DNA of 64,000 nucleotides from Ramazzottius varieornatus (Eukaryota > Animalia > Tardigrada). Of this stretch, positions 59,183-64,000 are shown piece by piece; the first letter of the stretch is position 1, and each line of letters begins with the position of its first letter. The DNA is taken from positions 2,283,249 to 2,347,248 of the forward strand of contig BDGG01000005.1 in assembly GCA_001949185.1 (NCBI GenBank), written 5' to 3'. Below the pieces are notes generated by a model. It ran no database searches, was not told the DNA's origin, and saw only the letters and a list, made by a program, of their open reading frames with translations. The position numbers were made by a program, and so were the translations under genes.

Positions 59183-59403
59183 GACATATTGCGTCTACCA
59201 CATTTTCTATATGCAGTGCATGGTAACTTTTGCTAACTTCGCTACCAGGATTATATTGGTATGTTTTCTATTGACCTAAAGGTATATGGACGGAAAATGG
59301 ATGCTGAGAAACCTAGCCCAGAAGACAGATAACCTAATTCAAAACCGTTTTCAAAAAGAAATCTGCCGATGTATCAGAGAAGCCATTGGATGGAAGAATT
59401 TTT

Positions 59404-62400
59404 TCAGTTGGTGGTTACAACGACGGTTTCGTTAAATTCTTCCACATGGACAACTTCCGGGTTACACTTTCCCGTTGTCCACTTTTGAGCTGGAAAACAG
59501 CTTGTTGTGAACCCTATTTCTGACGATGACAACCGCAAATTCTCCGCACTTACCCTTCTTCCTCCTTGGATTTTTTTCACATCCGTGCTCTTTGTCCAAA
59601 AGATGGAATATCCAGCCTTCGTCAGAGTTCTCCACTAACCCTTCACACAGTGGGCAAACCGTTGCATTTGTCTCTTCCGAAGGATCTGGAATAGTACAGT
59701 TGTTCTGCTATTCAGCAAAACTTTATGCAGTAAATGAACAACCGTGTCTTCAACCTACCAACACATTCGTCGGCCTTGAGGTGTTTAGTAATCTTCTTCA
59801 ACGGTATTGCCAGCTGGCAATGCGGACACATCGCCATCTGGCTCTTATGCTCGCAGCTCTCCAGCTTATGCTTGGTCAGTTCAGGAATCAAGATTTTCTA
59901 CGAGTAAAAAAAATGAACAGCAACCATGACTGCAATTGAATTTCGAAACGCGAATCAAAGTTCGCACTTTTCGGGATATGACAATTGCACTAAGTGATAC
60001 TGGAGAAACGCAGCGTGTGCCATTTTTCTACGCTGTACTCGTACTCTTCATCTAAGACAGGCACGGTCTAATAAGCGTAAAAGTGGCTTACTGGATACTC
60101 ACATTATCACACAGATCGCATTTCTTGAGCATCGGACATTCCTGGTACAAATGGTAGTTCATCTCGTCCACCAAGTTTGGCTTCCCACAAAACGGGCACG
60201 ACCTGCGGAAAAGAAAACTAACACATGACTACTAGATGGCCAATAACAAGCGAATCGCAGTACCACATGTGCTTTACGTACTGTACAACATTCTTCGGCC
60301 ACTTCCTCCGGTCCTTTCCTAGTCCGTCCTTCCCAACCAATTCATACCCTTCAGACTCCAGCACAACCCCAAGTATCCGTAAGTTCTTCCAATACTTTCC
60401 TTCTTTCCTCAACGGTATCACTTCCTTCGCCGCTACAGCCTCAGTCGCCAAACTCCTCCGACTCTCATCCTCAGCTAACACTACCGGCTTCTCCGACATA
60501 ACCAAGACTGCATCAGTATCTTTCTTGCCTTTGTCATCAACCCTTTCTACTCTAGCAGTTTCCCTGTCAATGATGCTTAGAATGGAAAAAGTCTTCTGTG
60601 AGTCAAGTTCATTCGGTATACGCGCTTTCATTGAGTCTGTCATGATGGGCGAGTGATGTCTCACATCCTCCTGCTGACTATGGCTTGAACGACTTTTAAG
60701 TTACGGCTGAGTACCACCCGAATTTGACTTCTGCTTTCGGCTCTATCCATTTCGTTCTCATCATCGTCCATCTCACCCCGGTTCAACCTGTACCATTTTG
60801 AGTAGAAAGCGGCATGTTCAGGCGCGAGTGCCGGCGAACGAAGTCGTGGTTCGGGCTGTGGAACGTTGGACTTATCGCCTTGGTCGATCTGTGCGAGCAC
60901 TCGGAAGAGCCCGCGATACCGGAAGTCTCTTTTAGCCTTCTCGCCTTCTGGAATGACATCACGCGGCAATAAGGCTCGGATGCTGTCTCGGTACAAAGCC
61001 TTCCTGGTGGACGAAGGGAGGATCGGTTTGAACGTGGGCGGTGGAGGCTTGTCGTACAGCCAAATGAGGATCTTCTCACCTCCTCGTCGAACTTCCCTCT
61101 CGCTGTGCTCCATCGCGGAGAGCGCGAAACCCACCACCAGCTCCACGGTCATCCCACTACAACATCAGTAATATTCTGTCATCATACCGCATGCTGGGAT
61201 GAGCAACTTCGCTCAGTACGCCATTTGTGAGGTCGATGAACAAATTCGACAAGATCGTTTTTCGAAGTGGCGCGCATTGTCCGCCAATAAAACCGAAGAC
61301 ATGCGCCACTTTGACAAGCAGTCTTACCGAGTTCATCTACTGAGGTCTCGTTTGCCTTTTTATCCGGAATTCTTCCGACCAAAGTACACTGATGTAGTCG
61401 GCTCTTACTCACGATTAACTTACGTGTTCGTCTCGCTGACTGGCAGCAAGAAAATTAGATCTTGGACAATCCGTAGTCGTCCGACAGAGTACCTAACTTG
61501 CGCAGTCGGTTTGAATTCCTCGAAGATCGTTTGCATTACAGTGACGTTATCTTTTGCAAGATTCATCTGGAAGAATGAAGAACGACAGTGGCCCATTGAA
61601 AAAGTCAAATTTAGAAGCAAAAGGTAATTCAACTTTACGTAACTGGGGTGCTTACTGAGGCAAGCTCGACAGCGAAAGGCATCAGTATCTGAGAGATCCT
61701 CCGACTGGTGTTACCCAGCCGAGACAAGGCAAATGGGAGCGCCATGTTAAATATTAACGGGACGTCGGCTCTAGCGTCAGAGTACCGGGGAACGATATCC
61801 CGCAAGAGCTTCAGGAGAACGTGAGCTGTTAGCTGGATGATGACTGCATCCTCTTTCAACATCTCTTCCAAGACGACCACAGAGCCCCGGATCAGCCACA
61901 TGACCGGGTACCCCGAAGGTCGCGACTCCACAGCTGCGTCAGTTATCTCTTTCATGCGTTCCAAGCCGTGTAGCCGGCTTACAAAAGCCGCCGACAGGAT
62001 TTCCTCCACCTATCGAAATTCCGAAAACTGACCATTCAGCGATCGTTTATCCACCCGGGCTATCAACGAGGCCAGCCAACGAAACGTGCAAGATTGACGT
62101 CCAAGTGGTGCACTCTTCTGTCCAATAGCAATGAGAACGTGCGCCACTTGTACGGACGATCTTGTACGATCGACTGCCGGCTTTCCACTTACAGTCTCAT
62201 CTCCAAAAACTTCTACGGCGTACTGGAAGCCAGGTGGTAGGTCTGTTCTTGCCTTTCTACCTTTCTGTAAATAATCAAAAACATTAATGTGCTACTTTCA
62301 CACATATATTTTACACATATTTTGAGCACCATAAGCTCGGCCACCTGTTGGATCAATGTAGCGTACACACCTTGGTGGTGGTGTTACCGCGGCCACGATC

Positions 62401-64000
62401 ATTGCCTTTAGGTTCTGCCCGTTGTTTGCGCATCGTTTCGCCGGAAGTTTCCACCTGTGCAGCCGCACTGGGAGGAGATGAAGGGCGGTGATCCGTGTCG
62501 TCATCGGCGACGGGCGCTGGTTGGATCGGCCTCTCCACTTCGGTGTTGCTGGAAACAATCCGCTTGCGGGTTTCGGTCATGTAGCGGGAGCTCCCGGAAG
62601 TGGTTTTCACAGTTGGACAGGCGAGTTCGACAAGCGTGGTGTTTTGTTCTGGTCGCAGTCGACGTCGACGAATTAAATCTTCCAATCCTTGCAGCTGTTC
62701 TTTCTGTAAAAGAACAAATGTACAAGCAAGGTCAGTTTTCCCCTCGTAGTGAACGTACCTCGTAGAAGTGTCCGAATCGACGTGAACGAAGATACCTCAG
62801 AGCGAGGACAGTTTGCTCGTACACGGCATACTTGCAGTCTTCGGCTTTCTGGTAGTCTTCCTCCAGAATAGCATCTTCTTTCTTGGCGTCAATAACCCTG
62901 ATGTTATCTTCAATCTTTCTAACAAACGAAGGTAGAACAGATTGCAATCTGTATTCCAAATATGGGAGACCGAAAGGTGGGTGGTATAATTTACCTTACT
63001 CAGTCCTTCGATGACGGCCTTCGTTTCTGCTGCGGTCTTGAAGTCCTCACCTAACAAATATCCGACGTTACCAACATAACATAGCAAACAGAGCGTTCAA
63101 ACTGTGTGGAGAGCTCTATTTTGCGAGATAAGCTTTATCCCCAATACCTCTGACAGCCGCCTGTTTGTAGGTTTCAAGGCGGCCCAAAAGTTCAGCAACA
63201 CTGATTTGGGTGGTTTCCCGACGACGCTGTTTTGTGAATGGCGGAGGATCATGTCTTCTACTTCTACCGATTCTGCTCAGCATGAAATCAGTGACGTTTT
63301 CATGTTACAAAAAGGAGGAACGACTACGTGAGAAAAGACAGCTTTGGTAGGTACCTGAATATCTGAGAAATTGTGGGGCCGAAATTGAGGGGTCCTCTGG
63401 ACTTCCGCGTTTGCGGATACCGCGACGCGTTGGGTGGTTCTCGGAAACTTCGAGGGCGGACATTGGGTAGGTACGGATACCTAATCTGTGGAGCGGGCAG
63501 AACTGAATAACGATTTGGATGGTGAACGTTAATTTGGCTGAGGACAACCGCCATGCTGGTTTCCGTCTACAAGAGCCAAGCAGAGACAAAGTTAAACTGC
63601 AAGAGAATTCTTCGACAATCAGAAACCCTTACATTTCGTCCGCCGATGTGCAAAGAATTAATCCCGACTTGGTCGAGTTGGTTGTACGGGCTGGATAGTG
63701 GACAATGACATGATATCTGCAGTAGCCGGGCCAGCAGCGGAGGTTCGAACTTAACTTCCTTCACGAGCGAGTCGGTCGGCCACACGTCAGTACCGTCATC
63801 GGAGAATCGGAACTGTCTACCGAAAAAGAATCCACCTTTTATACTTTAACAGCAAACCGCAATGATGGGGGTCGTGATCTGACTTACGCCACAGGCTCCC
63901 CTTCCGTCGTCGAAATATCGATACCCGAGACCAGTTCATCATCATCAACCGTCGCAATATCCACCAAAGATGCTAAAGGGAAAATAACTGGCGTTTGAGC
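59404..64000 (-). CDS. CEP104: CEP104-like ciliary/centriolar TOG protein, partial (5' end outside window)
   Basis: Jelly-roll end (LQISCH..YNQLDQVGINSLHI), coiled coil KKEDAILEEDYQKAEDCK, TOG/HEAT exons (ALSRLGNTSRRI, WPLSFF, AMEHSEREVR), C-terminal zinc fingers CPFC..HLYQECPMLKKCDLC and CPLC..WIFHL..GC. Confidence 0.8.
61228..61348. repeat. Palindromic element copy (CEP104 intron)
   Basis: AACAAATTCGACAAGATCG..AAGTGGCGC-core-TGCGCCACTT..TCTTACCGAGTT. Confidence 0.85.
62088..62181. repeat. Palindromic element copy (CEP104 intron)
   Basis: CAAGAT..CAAGTGGTGCAC-N25-GTGCGCCACTTG..ATCTTG. Confidence 0.8.

Noticed and set aside
58427-59236. Possible small plus-strand gene between Claspin and CEP104
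   Set aside because: Some splice-like signals and protein-like stretches exist, but I could not build a consistent stop-free model or recognise a family.
2866-62181. Palindromic repeats as a CRISPR array or bacterial REP/terminator system
   Set aside because: Copies are dispersed rather than a tandem repeat-spacer array, the context is spliceosomal-intron eukaryotic DNA, and no cas genes are present.
2866-62181. Palindromic element as an Introner that creates introns
   Set aside because: Copies lie inside introns at variable distances from the GT/AG ends and also occur intergenically, so they do not supply the splice sites.

Overview
Gene-dense eukaryotic (animal) genomic DNA with many short GT-AG introns. 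The ORF track therefore gives only exon fragments, and I assembled the gene models by hand. The compact architecture and gene content are compatible with a tardigrade-like ecdysozoan, but the taxon is an inference. Genes in order: a partial MCRS1-like FHA protein, an aminergic GPCR, PPIP5K/Vip1, a disabled PIF/Harbinger transposon (transposase plus MADF gene, TIRs, TTA TSD), an F-box/UEV-like pseudogene, a ~1.1 kb non-autonomous TIR element, a TRPA1-like channel, an eIF4E with a long disordered N-terminus, NPDC1/CAB-1, a gustatory receptor, a small RVxW/RanBP2-zinc-finger protein, a short SMAP-type ArfGAP, TIMELESS, PPP4C, Claspin and a partial CEP104. The two most notable observations are these. 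(1) About 25 copies of a ~120 bp palindromic element (core AAGTGGCGCAC-N25-GTGCGCCACTT) lie mostly in introns, with near-constant core spacing, two arm subtypes and ~73 bp-period double forms. (2) TIMELESS, PP4C and Claspin, three replication-fork/checkpoint genes, are directly adjacent, and TIMELESS and Claspin both look structurally reduced.
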